Positions 46,800-55,453 of a stretch of DNA of 64,000 bases are shown piece by piece. The stretch spans positions 32,001 to 96,000 of the IMG/VR virus record IMGVR_UViG_3300023275_000004. One strand, 5' to 3'. Positions within the stretch are counted from its first letter, which is position 1. Each line of letters begins with the position of its first letter. The position numbers and the translations under genes were made by a program. The notes under the pieces are model-generated. The model had not been told where the DNA came from, ran no database searches, and was given only the letters and a program-made list of their open reading frames with translations. The DNA comes from a virus (lineage: Duplodnaviria; Caudoviricetes).

Positions 46800-47794
46800 T
46801 ACGACAACCTCACAATTACAGTGCCTGCGCGTGTTCCTCCTGGAACTGGAGCACCCGAGGCTAACACTAGAACGTCAACCTTAGCATCCAGGGCTGCTTG
46901 TTGAGCCGTACTTACAGGCTTAGCGGAATCCGCAGTATTATCTACATTTCCTAGCCCAACGTGAGCCTTAGTAATACCTGTTGGCGTTCCAGTAAAGATT
47001 GGACTCACTAAAGTTTTATTTGACAGTGTAGCTGAAGCAGAATTTTTTGTGCTATCACTAGTGTTGTCAACATTTCCCAGACCTACGTGAGTTTTTGTTA
47101 CGCCAACTACCGTGCCGGTAAACGTTGGATTAGCTAGCGGAGCTTTCAAAGAAACTGCTGTGGTCATAGAAGCTAAATCCTCAGTAAGGTCCACGATCTG
47201 ATTCTGATTAAGAGTCACCGTATCAGTACCACCACTAGAATGGGTAGCTGCGTGAGTTGTAGACGCTGCCCCTATAGCTGCGGCAGTAGGTAGTGCAGGA
47301 GTACCGTGTGAGTGGTCATTTCTGGCGTACTTAGTTCCTACTCCTACAACACTCGACTGACCATAAGAAGTTCCTGAAACCACTGTAGTAGCTGGATCTG
47401 CTCCACTGCCTCCGCCTTCGTGAGTATGATTGTAGGGCGCATAGAGATTGCCGCTTGAAGGCCCTACAGGGAGCAAGTGAGAAAGCTCTAGAATGCCCTC
47501 TGAAACGTCATAAGGCACCATCGCTGAAAAGGTATAGACACTTTCAGAAAGGCGTAGATGAACTTCATAGGTCCAAGTTGAAGGAGACCATTCAGGATCA
47601 TTGGTAGCTGGTACCTGAATAGCCACTGATCCATCGGGGCCAAGAGTTGCCTTGAGTAAGCTAGGAACCATCACAGTCGCATCTTCAGAAGACAACGAAA
47701 AAACTTTTGAACGAAAATAGACGGTACCCTCTTCAGGAGTACCGTCAAGCTTTAGATATGTGCCCTGAACTGTGATTAAGGTAGGACGAGTCAT
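46799..47794 (-). CDS. Short tail fibre-like protein, paralog of 44118-46127
   Basis: Shared N-domain (PTLITV.GTYLKLDGTPE.GT...VPAT.DP.W.P..WTY) and VGLGNVDNT repeats. Confidence 0.78.
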   Translation of the reverse strand: MTRPTLITVQGTYLKLDGTPEEGTVYFRSKVFSLSSEDATVMVPSLLKATLGPDGSVAIQVPATNDPEWSPSTWTYEVHLRLSESVYTFSAMVPYDVSEGILELSHLLPVGPSSGNLYAPYNHTHEGGGSGADPATTVVSGTSYGQSSVVGVGTKYARNDHSHGTPALPTAAAIGAASTTHAATHSSGGTDTVTLNQNQIVDLTEDLASMTTAVSLKAPLANPTFTGTVVGVTKTHVGLGNVDNTSDSTKNSASATLSNKTLVSPIFTGTPTGITKAHVGLGNVDNTADSAKPVSTAQQAALDAKVDVLVLASGAPVPGGTRAGTVIVRLS

Positions 47795-47853
47795 GGCAAA
47801 AGCCTATCTTCTGGAGCTGACTGTATCCTTAATACTATCGGCTCCAGAAGACA

Positions 47854-48291
47854 TCACTTTCTGAGATCGTCCCACTTAGGTGTGTATGGCTTCCATAGAA
47901 GTTTCATACCCGCCTCAGCAGGAGTCTTGTTATCTTTCTTACTGTTGCACTTATGGCAAGCAGCAACAGTGTTCTTCCAAGCATTCTTTCCACCACGCGA
48001 ACGTGGAAGTACGTGGTCGATCGTTGTAGCTTTTGACTCACAGTACGCACACAGGTTATTATCCCTGCGCATTACTCCACCTTTGGTCCACTTAGGGGAG
48101 CGGTTGTAACGCCACGATGTTACAACGTACTGAATTAGGCGAAGAACCCTAGGCTTCGGGAACACACCCATTAAGTCATCCTCCGCTTCGTGAATAACCG
48201 CAACCTTACGTACGATCATCCGGATAGCGTGCTTGAGATCGACTGAATGGAGTGGCACGAAGTCTGCGTTTAAAACCATTACAGAAGTCAT
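47854..48291 (-). CDS. HNH endonuclease
   Basis: VLNAD..PL N-terminus; RD...CAYC, TIDHVLPRSRGG, N...AC..CN..K. Confidence 0.9.
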   Translation of the reverse strand: MTSVMVLNADFVPLHSVDLKHAIRMIVRKVAVIHEAEDDLMGVFPKPRVLRLIQYVVTSWRYNRSPKWTKGGVMRRDNNLCAYCESKATTIDHVLPRSRGGKNAWKNTVAACHKCNSKKDNKTPAEAGMKLLWKPYTPKWDDLRK

Positions 48292-48324
48292 TCTACCCTC
48301 CATCTTTTATAATTATTGAAATTT

Positions 48325-48522
48325 TGTGAGCTACTAAGATAGTATCCTGAATCTTAGTAGGGTCTGACTATAACTTAGGACCGCTTCGCCTATCAGTCTC
48401 GGCTAGGCTGCCGCTATTACACCATCGTTGAGTGGGGGCATTGAGCATATAATCATCACATCAGTAGGTCCAGCCGTCACCGCTAGGTGTTTAGGAAATT
48501 TTCCTAAGATCACGACCTACTA
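48325..48522 (-). ncRNA. Putative structured RNA upstream of the HNH gene
   Basis: Several hairpins; GAGACTG...TAAGTTATAGTC resembles group I intron P7 elements. Confidence 0.4.
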
Positions 48523-48524
48523 CG

Positions 48525-48594
48525 TGGACAAGGTCGGAATCGAACCGACTTCAACTTCCTTGCAAAAGAAGTCCGCTACCTCAGCGTCAAGCCC
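48525..48594 (-). tRNA. tRNA-Ala(TGC), short D arm
   Basis: G3:U70; loop TTTGCAA. Confidence 0.8.
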
Positions 48595-48608
48595 ATTATT
48601 TAATTTGT

Positions 48609-48779
48609 CGCGTGTAGAAGGATTTTAACCCCCGACCACTATTGGCGATTTCGCTACTTACCTGTAATCCTTAAACGTTGTCAGACTCAGGAGTTTTCAC
48701 TAATAACGTTATCCAATAGCCGCTCTGTTACATCCGCAGATAATTCAGATTTTCCTTCTGACTTCGGGCGCATACACAC
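48609..48779 (-). ncRNA. Expanded tRNA-like RNA (~170 nt)
   Basis: GTGTGTA/TACACGC acceptor; T-like arm; GCTATTGG/CCAATAGT stem with a large insert. Confidence 0.65.
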
Positions 48780-48780
48780 G

Positions 48781-48853
48781 TGGAGAATAAGGGATTTGAA
48801 CCCTTGACCTTCGGCATGCCATACCGACGCTCTACCAACTGAGCTAAGACCCC
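48781..48853 (-). tRNA. tRNA-Ala(GGC)
   Basis: G3:U70; loop ATGGCAT. Confidence 0.88.
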
Positions 48854-48924
48854 ATGGGAAAGATACATCTAGCAACAAATCAAATTCAGCCCACATGGAC
48901 AAGTAATTTACTGTGTATCTAACG

Positions 48925-48997
48925 TACCCCCGACAGGATTTGAACCTGCGACATTCGGTTTAGAAGACCGACGTTCTATCCGCTGAACTACGGGGGC
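48925..48997 (-). tRNA. tRNA-Arg(TCT)
   Basis: Loop CTTCTAA. Confidence 0.93.
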
Positions 48998-49102
48998 AAG
49001 CAGCAGTTTTACGGATCTGCCAACCTAGTAAATTTTAGGACTTGCCACCCGGCTTGTCAAGTGACTTCCGGCCTACCTAAGGCTTACCAACCTGTATGCT
49101 CA

Positions 49103-49300
49103 TCAAGCGTCGTCATCGTGCCTAGCGGTAATATCCCAATAGTTTCTGAAGCGATCTGTGAAGATAACTCCATCCGCAATCTTCTTCTTACCTTCCTTGG
49201 TACGAAGGAACTTCTCTGTAACCTGAGCCGCACCTGAAAGATCAGGACGCTTATCAGGTTCCAAGTCCATGTAGTTGACTACATCACTAATGTCAGCCAT
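49103..49300 (-). CDS. Hypothetical protein
   Basis: AAGGAGG RBS; TTGACA-N17-TAATAT promoter. Confidence 0.7.
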   Translation of the reverse strand: MADISDVVNYMDLEPDKRPDLSGAAQVTEKFLRTKEGKKKIADGVIFTDRFRNYWDITARHDDDA

Positions 49301-49693
49301 TGTGGCCTCCTTACCTAGACTATATTACTAGATAAATCGGCCCGTGTCAAGCACTACCGTCTCATGATCGCAGTAGTTAGATCTAGGTTCATCGCTCTCT
49401 TGAACAAATCCAGCTCTTTTTTGCGGCAGGCAGCAGACCTAACCTCGTGCCAGCCGTTAGCTTCTGTGCCTGGCTTACAACCACAAGTCAGAGTCTTCAC
49501 TGCCTACCTCCTAGATCTTCTTTTTAGGCTTCCAGTCTTTCACTGAAAGTCCTCCAGGTATTCTTTCCAGTCTGCCCTAAGTTCTTCAAGGCTCTTGGCG
49601 GAATCCAGTCTAGCTGTTCTAAGAAACCTTAGAATAATTCCCTCAAGCCTCTCAACTTTGTACTCAGCCTGGTCAGCCCGCTCTTCGTAAGTT

Positions 49694-51400
49694 TCAGCCT
49701 TCACAAGCGATACACTCATCCTTTGCTGCCTGAACTCCTGCCTGACTACGCATGTAGTATAGACCCTTGATCCTTGGGTCCTCGGCAGCAGCTCTGTGAA
49801 TCTGCGAAATATACTTAGGATCTTCGTCAGCAGCAAAGAACAGGTTCAACGACTGACTCTGATCGATGTACTTTTGGCGAGCCGAAGCTAGCCTAAGCAA
49901 CGCCATCTGATCAATCTCAAAAGCTGTCCTGAAAACCAACTTCTCTTCATCATTCAACCAGTCTACACCAAGAATACTGCCCTTGGCATCTACTAAGGCG
50001 TTGATCGTCTCCTTATTGTAAACTCCACGCTCCTTCATCACCTTTAGAAGCGAAGGATTAATTCTCTGAATCTCACCAGCAGCCGTGTTCTGATTGAAAA
50101 CATTAGCTACGACTGGCTCAATTCCCTGAGAAACACCACCACAGATTAGCGCAGTAGACATATTTGGAGCAATAGCCAGTAGGTGCGTGTTCCTACGTCC
50201 ATAACCCTTGCACCACTCAGGCTCGCCAGCAGCACTTGCCATCCACTCAGAAGCCTTCTCAGCCTGAGCACGGATGTCACTGTAGATAGCGTTATTGATA
50301 GCGTGCGCCTGCATAGACTCGATAGAAATCATTCTGTCCTGAAGGTAGGTATGGAATCCCATAGTTCCTAGTCCAAGAGCGCGAGACTTCTCAGTAAATC
50401 TAACAGCTCTCTCAAATCCAGGAATGTCCTTAGCCTGCCTCATAAAGGCTTCCGCAACACAATCAAGGAAAATTATGGACAAGTTTACAGCGTCCGTATC
50501 CTTCCAGTCATCGTAGTAGCGCAGATTCATCGAAGATAGTACGCAGGTGAAGGTGTGGTCCTCATCTGAGTACAGAGAAATTTCTGAGCAAAGGTTACTG
50601 GCCTTTACCTTCATGTCACGATCCTTATACATGTCAGGATTCTGCGCGTTCACCTTATCGATGAACAACATATAACCCTTACCTGTAATCTTACGAATCT
50701 TCATGATCTTCTGGTAACGCTGGATGGCATCCTTGTCACCCTTGTTTAGACGCTCAATAAAAGAATTTGGAATGATCCACCCAATATTGAAGTCATCAGG
50801 ATTATTGAGTAGGTGATCCGAAACCTCAAAAAAATCTCCGTGATCTATCTCAAGGTACCCTGCCCACGAGCCGCGACGGACGTTTCCCTGAGAAACATCT
50901 CGCATATCCTGCACGAAGCCCAAGAAAACTGGCAGCGATCCTGAAGCCTTACCTCCAGCAGAAATTTCTGAGCCTCGTGGACGAATGTCTCCCATATAGG
51001 CTGAACTACCGAAACCATACTTGGTGAGCATCGCTGTCTCTAGTCGAGACGAGTAGAACCCGTATACAGAGTCCTCCACAACGCCACCAGAGCACGAAAC
51101 TGGCATGCCCCTAGTCGTACCAAGGTTAGCTAGCGCAGGAGTGCTAGGAGACAACCAGCCCTTCCACATAATATCGAAGAACGCTAGCGTCCAATAATCC
51201 GAGGTATTTCCATACAGCTCAGCAGCAATGTCTCCTGCTGTTCTTGCGACTTGCTGATAACGCTGCTTTAGGCTCTGCCCTGGCAACGTGTACTTCTCCA
51301 TGAACATCTGATAGCCGCCAGTAGTGTACCAATCTGGTACCTCTCCCTTGGCCTGAAGTTCTTTACGCTCCTCAGAGAGCTTGCTGTATAGGGATGCCAT
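49694..51400 (-). CDS. nrdA: Ribonucleotide reductase class I alpha subunit
   Basis: SPSTP, VSC, SNLCSEI, RALGLG, AIAP, IDQSQS, LYY, C-terminal CIACEG; no ATP cone. Confidence 0.95.
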   Translation of the reverse strand: MASLYSKLSEERKELQAKGEVPDWYTTGGYQMFMEKYTLPGQSLKQRYQQVARTAGDIAAELYGNTSDYWTLAFFDIMWKGWLSPSTPALANLGTTRGMPVSCSGGVVEDSVYGFYSSRLETAMLTKYGFGSSAYMGDIRPRGSEISAGGKASGSLPVFLGFVQDMRDVSQGNVRRGSWAGYLEIDHGDFFEVSDHLLNNPDDFNIGWIIPNSFIERLNKGDKDAIQRYQKIMKIRKITGKGYMLFIDKVNAQNPDMYKDRDMKVKASNLCSEISLYSDEDHTFTCVLSSMNLRYYDDWKDTDAVNLSIIFLDCVAEAFMRQAKDIPGFERAVRFTEKSRALGLGTMGFHTYLQDRMISIESMQAHAINNAIYSDIRAQAEKASEWMASAAGEPEWCKGYGRRNTHLLAIAPNMSTALICGGVSQGIEPVVANVFNQNTAAGEIQRINPSLLKVMKERGVYNKETINALVDAKGSILGVDWLNDEEKLVFRTAFEIDQMALLRLASARQKYIDQSQSLNLFFAADEDPKYISQIHRAAAEDPRIKGLYYMRSQAGVQAAKDECIACEG

Positions 51401-51412
51401 TATTTTATTTCC

Positions 51413-52387
51413 TCACCAATTGAAATCTGACTCTTCCGCACCAGCGCGGTTGTACTCCGACCCGACTCCGGTAAAGAAGTCGTGAAGTTGATACATGTTA
51501 ATTCCCTTGTAGAACCAATCAGCGATCGGGTTTTCGCCAATCTCGAACGGCTTATCTACACCCAGATTTTCTAGGCAAGCGTTAAGCCTGGAACGTACAA
51601 ACATACGAAGATCGTCAGCGTTGATACCTTCAATCTCACCCTTCTCAAAGATCATATCAATAATTCTGTCCTCGTGAAGAGCGATCCTGTGAGCTGTAGC
51701 TACTAGCTGGGCATCCAGCTCTGCTCTTGCGTCTGGAAGCATCTCCATCTCTGAAACTAGAGTGTTAAAGAGCCAGGCTCCAGCAGTAGCATGCAAATTT
51801 TCATCACGCACGCTGAAATTAATTCCACGACAAACGTTGACCAACTTGTTCTTTCCATCTGACTGGAAGTGCTTCAGGAAGGCGAAGCTGCTGTATAGAA
51901 CCGCTCCCTCAAGCATTGAGAAGGCTCCTACAGCCAGAGGAAGGTTACTCGTGTCATCAGCAACAGAGTTGACAAAGTCGATCCTCTCAGAGAGCACAGG
52001 ATCACTAATGTACGAGTTATAAAACTCCTCTGTGTTGAGCATCATGGCCTCATTGATTCGGTTATAGAAACGAGCGTGAATGCCGATCTCTACGAATCCG
52101 AACGTTGTGGACATAAACTCAATATCAGGACGAGGGAAGGCTTTCTTAATTTTCTCCCCCCAATACTCATTACCTACGATAAGCTCATAAAGCGTAAATA
52201 GCTTAAGAACAGTAATGACCCCGTGCGCTTCGGCAGGAGTCATATTAGCGCGTAGATCCTGAACGTCCTTTTCTACGGCAATTTCGGTGGGAAGCCAGTA
52301 AATATCCATCTGAGTTTCAGCGAACTTTGCGGCCTCTGGGTAATCGAATACGTACGCGGTCTTCTTTTCTGTGATACGGGGAGACAT
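51413..52387 (-). CDS. nrdB: Ribonucleotide reductase class I beta subunit
   Basis: W.P.EI, EIGIHARFY, EG..LYSSF, RDENLH, DFF. Confidence 0.93.
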   Translation of the reverse strand: MSPRITEKKTAYVFDYPEAAKFAETQMDIYWLPTEIAVEKDVQDLRANMTPAEAHGVITVLKLFTLYELIVGNEYWGEKIKKAFPRPDIEFMSTTFGFVEIGIHARFYNRINEAMMLNTEEFYNSYISDPVLSERIDFVNSVADDTSNLPLAVGAFSMLEGAVLYSSFAFLKHFQSDGKNKLVNVCRGINFSVRDENLHATAGAWLFNTLVSEMEMLPDARAELDAQLVATAHRIALHEDRIIDMIFEKGEIEGINADDLRMFVRSRLNACLENLGVDKPFEIGENPIADWFYKGINMYQLHDFFTGVGSEYNRAGAEESDFNW

Positions 52388-52538
52388 AAATTTCCTTCCG
52401 GCTTTTAGAGTTGCCTATGAGTTATCGGCAAGAAACAAACCTTACAATCTTAAGCCTAGCAGAGAAAAATAAGCCCTCAAACTCTCTGATTTACAGAGAA
52501 TTCAAAGGCTTGTTTATGCTGCTTAGAGGCTCATTACG

Positions 52539-52611
52539 TGCCCCCGACAGGACTCGAACCTGCAACCTACGGTTTAGGAAACCGGCGCTCTATCCATTGA
52601 GCTACGAAGGC
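52539..52611 (-). tRNA. tRNA-Arg(CCT)
   Basis: Loop TTCCTAA. Confidence 0.9.
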
Positions 52612-52615
52612 AATG

Positions 52616-52888
52616 TTACTTTCTTCTAATCCCGTACAAAGTCTTAGCATCAGATAAAGATTTCGGCATTCTCCTCGGTCTGTGACAAGAACAGTATCCA
52701 AATCTTTCATCGTGATTAATGATCATAGCAACCTTACGCCACTGATTATCATTAGTCTTCCTGGGAGGCTTAAATGCTTTTCCCATATAAAGCATTTCAG
52801 TTTGACATAGTGGGCACAGAGTAGTTCTTTTAGCAGAAAACCTACAAGAGATACAAGTATAAGTTCCATTACTAGTAAGCAATGACAT
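52616..52888 (-). CDS. Zn-ribbon hypothetical protein
   Basis: C..CR, CP.C...M..MG..FKPPRK.....W. Confidence 0.7.
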   Translation of the reverse strand: MSLLTSNGTYTCISCRFSAKRTTLCPLCQTEMLYMGKAFKPPRKTNDNQWRKVAMIINHDERFGYCSCHRPRRMPKSLSDAKTLYGIRRK

Positions 52889-53021
52889 TGCTACCTCCTG
52901 TAGGAATTTGCTCGTGGCTGGTCTGACTAGTCCTTGGGCTTATCCTGATCAGGGAGACCTGTTACCTCACCAGACAGTATTTTGGCATTAGCAGTCACTT
53001 CTACTGTTATAACAGACAGCG

Positions 53022-53093
53022 TCCCCCGAGAGAATTACGATATCTCGACCCGCCGATTAAAAGTCGGCTGCTCTTCCTCTGAGCTACCGGGGG
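53022..53093 (-). tRNA. tRNA-Lys(TTT), atypical T-loop
   Basis: Loop CTTTTAA; T arm GAGAT-ATCGTAA-TTCTC. Confidence 0.85.
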
Positions 53094-53154
53094 CTAAAAA
53101 GTGAGTACGCCCAACATCTTGCATGGCCTAGGCTCGGGCACTGTACTCACTTTA

Positions 53155-53226
53155 GTACGACGACAGGACTCGAACCTGCAACACCGGCTTATATGCCAGG
53201 GCTTTACCCACTTAAGCTACGCCGCT
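53155..53226 (-). ncRNA. Atypical tRNA with 6-nt anticodon loop
   Basis: CTGGC-ATATAA-GCCGG; canonical D and T arms. Confidence 0.7.
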
Positions 53227-53349
53227 AACAGGGTGCCAGCCCTGCTTTTTACATTTCGAGAGACCCGGACGGTTATCCACACTTTATGCTGGCACACAAG
53301 CTGATCTTGCTCGAACGTCTAGTAGTTAAATTTACTGTTATTTGTTAAG

Positions 53350-53421
53350 TACGCCGAGAGAATTACGATATCTCGCCCCCCTGATTAAGAGTCAGGTGCT
53401 CTTCCTCTGAGCTACCGGCGC
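53350..53421 (-). tRNA. tRNA-Lys(CTT), atypical T-loop
   Basis: Loop CTCTTAA. Confidence 0.85.
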
Positions 53422-53469
53422 TTGATGAGAGTTCCAGATACAAAGTCAGTCACTCACAACCACCCAGCG

Positions 53470-53541
53470 TACGGGTAGAGAATTTTGAAATCCCGCCCTG
53501 CTGTGTGTAAGACAGCCGCTCTTCCTCTGAGCTATACCCGC
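53470..53541 (-). tRNA. tRNA-Val(TAC)
   Basis: Loop CTTACAC. Confidence 0.85.
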
Positions 53542-53673
53542 TTGTAGAGGTAGACCGGAGGATTGGTTACCTCATTCGGTCGCTAACGGGCTACCTCTTC
53601 TTATCACTGACTTGACAGACCGTCTCCATATTACAAGCCGTTTTCTAAAACGGTGTTACCTTAATATTATACG

Positions 53674-53744
53674 CTCTCCCACCAGGACTCGAACCTAGAT
53701 TAAGGCGTTAACAGCGCCCCGTCCTGCCATTGAACGATAGGAGA
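53674..53744 (-). tRNA. tRNA-Asn(GTT)
   Basis: Loop CTGTTAA. Confidence 0.92.
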
Positions 53745-53817
53745 TTAACCGGGGGTCAAGTATCAACAGAGCGTGATTCAGGAGCCCCGGCATCGTAAAG
53801 CTATGTAATTATCAACG

Positions 53818-53888
53818 CAGGGGTAGAGGGAGTCGAACCCCCGCTAACGGTTTTGGAGACCGTTGTGCTTCCGTAACACTTTACCCCT
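53818..53888 (-). tRNA. tRNA-Trp(CCA)
   Basis: Loop CTCCAAA. Confidence 0.92.
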
Positions 53889-53983
53889 ATCAAACGAAAA
53901 GTCAGGCACTCGGTAAACCTGATGTGGCAGCCCCTATATCTGCGCTCTCTTCGTTCTTTTATTACTCTATCAAAACCTAACTC

Positions 53984-54259
53984 TCAAGTCAAGTCCTGAA
54001 GTTCTTTCTTGGCTTGATTAACGCCTTCACGAATCATGGCTAGGAACTTCTCCATGTCATCAAAGCTTAGCATAATCGGCCCGTTCATTGCAAGGTGAAC
54101 ATTCTTACCAATCGTACTAGACCACTTAGCATCTCTAGTGTAGTGCCTGTAATCGTATCCGTCAAGCCCTACGACTACAAGAACGTTAGCGTACCTGGAG
54201 TCTATACTGAACGTAGCCTGTGGAGGCTTACCCTTTTTACGAACAATCTTGATGTCCAT
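53984..54259 (-). CDS. Hypothetical protein
   Basis: GGAGG RBS. Confidence 0.7.
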   Translation of the reverse strand: MDIKIVRKKGKPPQATFSIDSRYANVLVVVGLDGYDYRHYTRDAKWSSTIGKNVHLAMNGPIMLSFDDMEKFLAMIREGVNQAKKELQDLT

Positions 54260-54289
54260 TATATTTCAACCTCCACAGGCTAGGAATGA

Positions 54290-55402
54290 TCAGTGACGGT
54301 GACGGAAACCACGGTGGCAAGAGTCACAGCGATCATTAGAGCTAGCTACAATGTCTCCACCAACGCGCATCAGACGAGAAACTTGATCCGGGTCCATATC
54401 CGAATCGTTCGCTACCTGAGTGAACGCCTGCATCAAACTATACATGGTCAGCGTGTCTTCGTCAACCAGGGCATCCGTAATAGTTCCCTGAAGATTCCTA
54501 GGAATCTTGTACTTGTCAAAGTAGTCCTCCAGTACGTCTACTGTGTGACCCTGAAGGTTGATACTCGTCATAGCCTGAATGCTGTCCAGAGAGCCCTCAA
54601 GGCCACCCAGAACCTCATCTACAGCCTCACGAGCCCACTCGTAGACTTCCTCAGACTGACCAGCCTGTCCACGACGCGACCAAGGCTCAACCTCGTTTGC
54701 CACATCGATAGAACCGTTAGTGCACCACCAACGGAACTGATAGCCCTTGATAGAAGTCTGACCCTTACCGATCAGCGAGTTACGGAAGTCAACACCAACC
54801 GACCACGTATCATTCTCCGTACCCGAATTCTCGATGTCCCTGCGGTACTCAGGGATGATAAATCGAGCGTGTGTGCCAGCCATCGTGTGACTGAACTTGT
54901 AGTCTACAAGAACCTCACCCTGACCGTACTTAGCCTCGATACCGTCGAGAATCTTCTCAACCAGCAGAACATTCGAGTAAGGCTTGATCGACGCACGAAC
55001 AATAGCGCCGCCAACGCCGTTAACCGACATGAGCTTGTGAGCCTTCTCTTCACCGAATCCCGAACGGAACCAGTAGTTGAGCAGAGGCTCAACCAGCTCC
55101 GGAGGAGTGTCAGAGGCAAAGCCCTTAGGGAGGCGAATCAGAGACATAGCCTCAAAAAGCGCATCCTGAGTGAGCTGTACTTCCGTGCCGTTAACCGACA
55201 CGGAAGCATCAATTACCTCTGTACCCTGACGAGATTCAGCTCCGTGGTTCCAGCCTGGATTCAGGCGGAAACGTACATCAGTAGTGTTGTCAAACGTAAG
55301 GCTGTCGATAGGTTCAGTTGCCGCAAGACGATTACGAACATCATCGAGCGAAAGCAGCTTGCCTCGCATCTGATCAACAGTCACAGTCGATGCATGTGTC
55401 AC
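54290..55402 (-). CDS. DUF932-like protein
   Basis: NS..G..SI....R..CTNG motif. Confidence 0.7.
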   Translation of the reverse strand: MTHASTVTVDQMRGKLLSLDDVRNRLAATEPIDSLTFDNTTDVRFRLNPGWNHGAESRQGTEVIDASVSVNGTEVQLTQDALFEAMSLIRLPKGFASDTPPELVEPLLNYWFRSGFGEEKAHKLMSVNGVGGAIVRASIKPYSNVLLVEKILDGIEAKYGQGEVLVDYKFSHTMAGTHARFIIPEYRRDIENSGTENDTWSVGVDFRNSLIGKGQTSIKGYQFRWWCTNGSIDVANEVEPWSRRGQAGQSEEVYEWAREAVDEVLGGLEGSLDSIQAMTSINLQGHTVDVLEDYFDKYKIPRNLQGTITDALVDEDTLTMYSLMQAFTQVANDSDMDPDQVSRLMRVGGDIVASSNDRCDSCHRGFRHRH

Positions 55403-55453
55403 GTTGCTTACCTCCTAGAAGTTTTCCTTTGTTGAGCTAATTCTAACAGAATT

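Noticed and set aside
52905-53020. Second group I-like element (shares TAGTCAGACC with ~48365)
   Set aside because: Too short; simple local hairpin pairing explains it
54293-55435. 380-aa plus-strand ORF
   Set aside because: Antisense shadow of the DUF932-like gene; no RBS or promoter; all neighbours are on the minus strand
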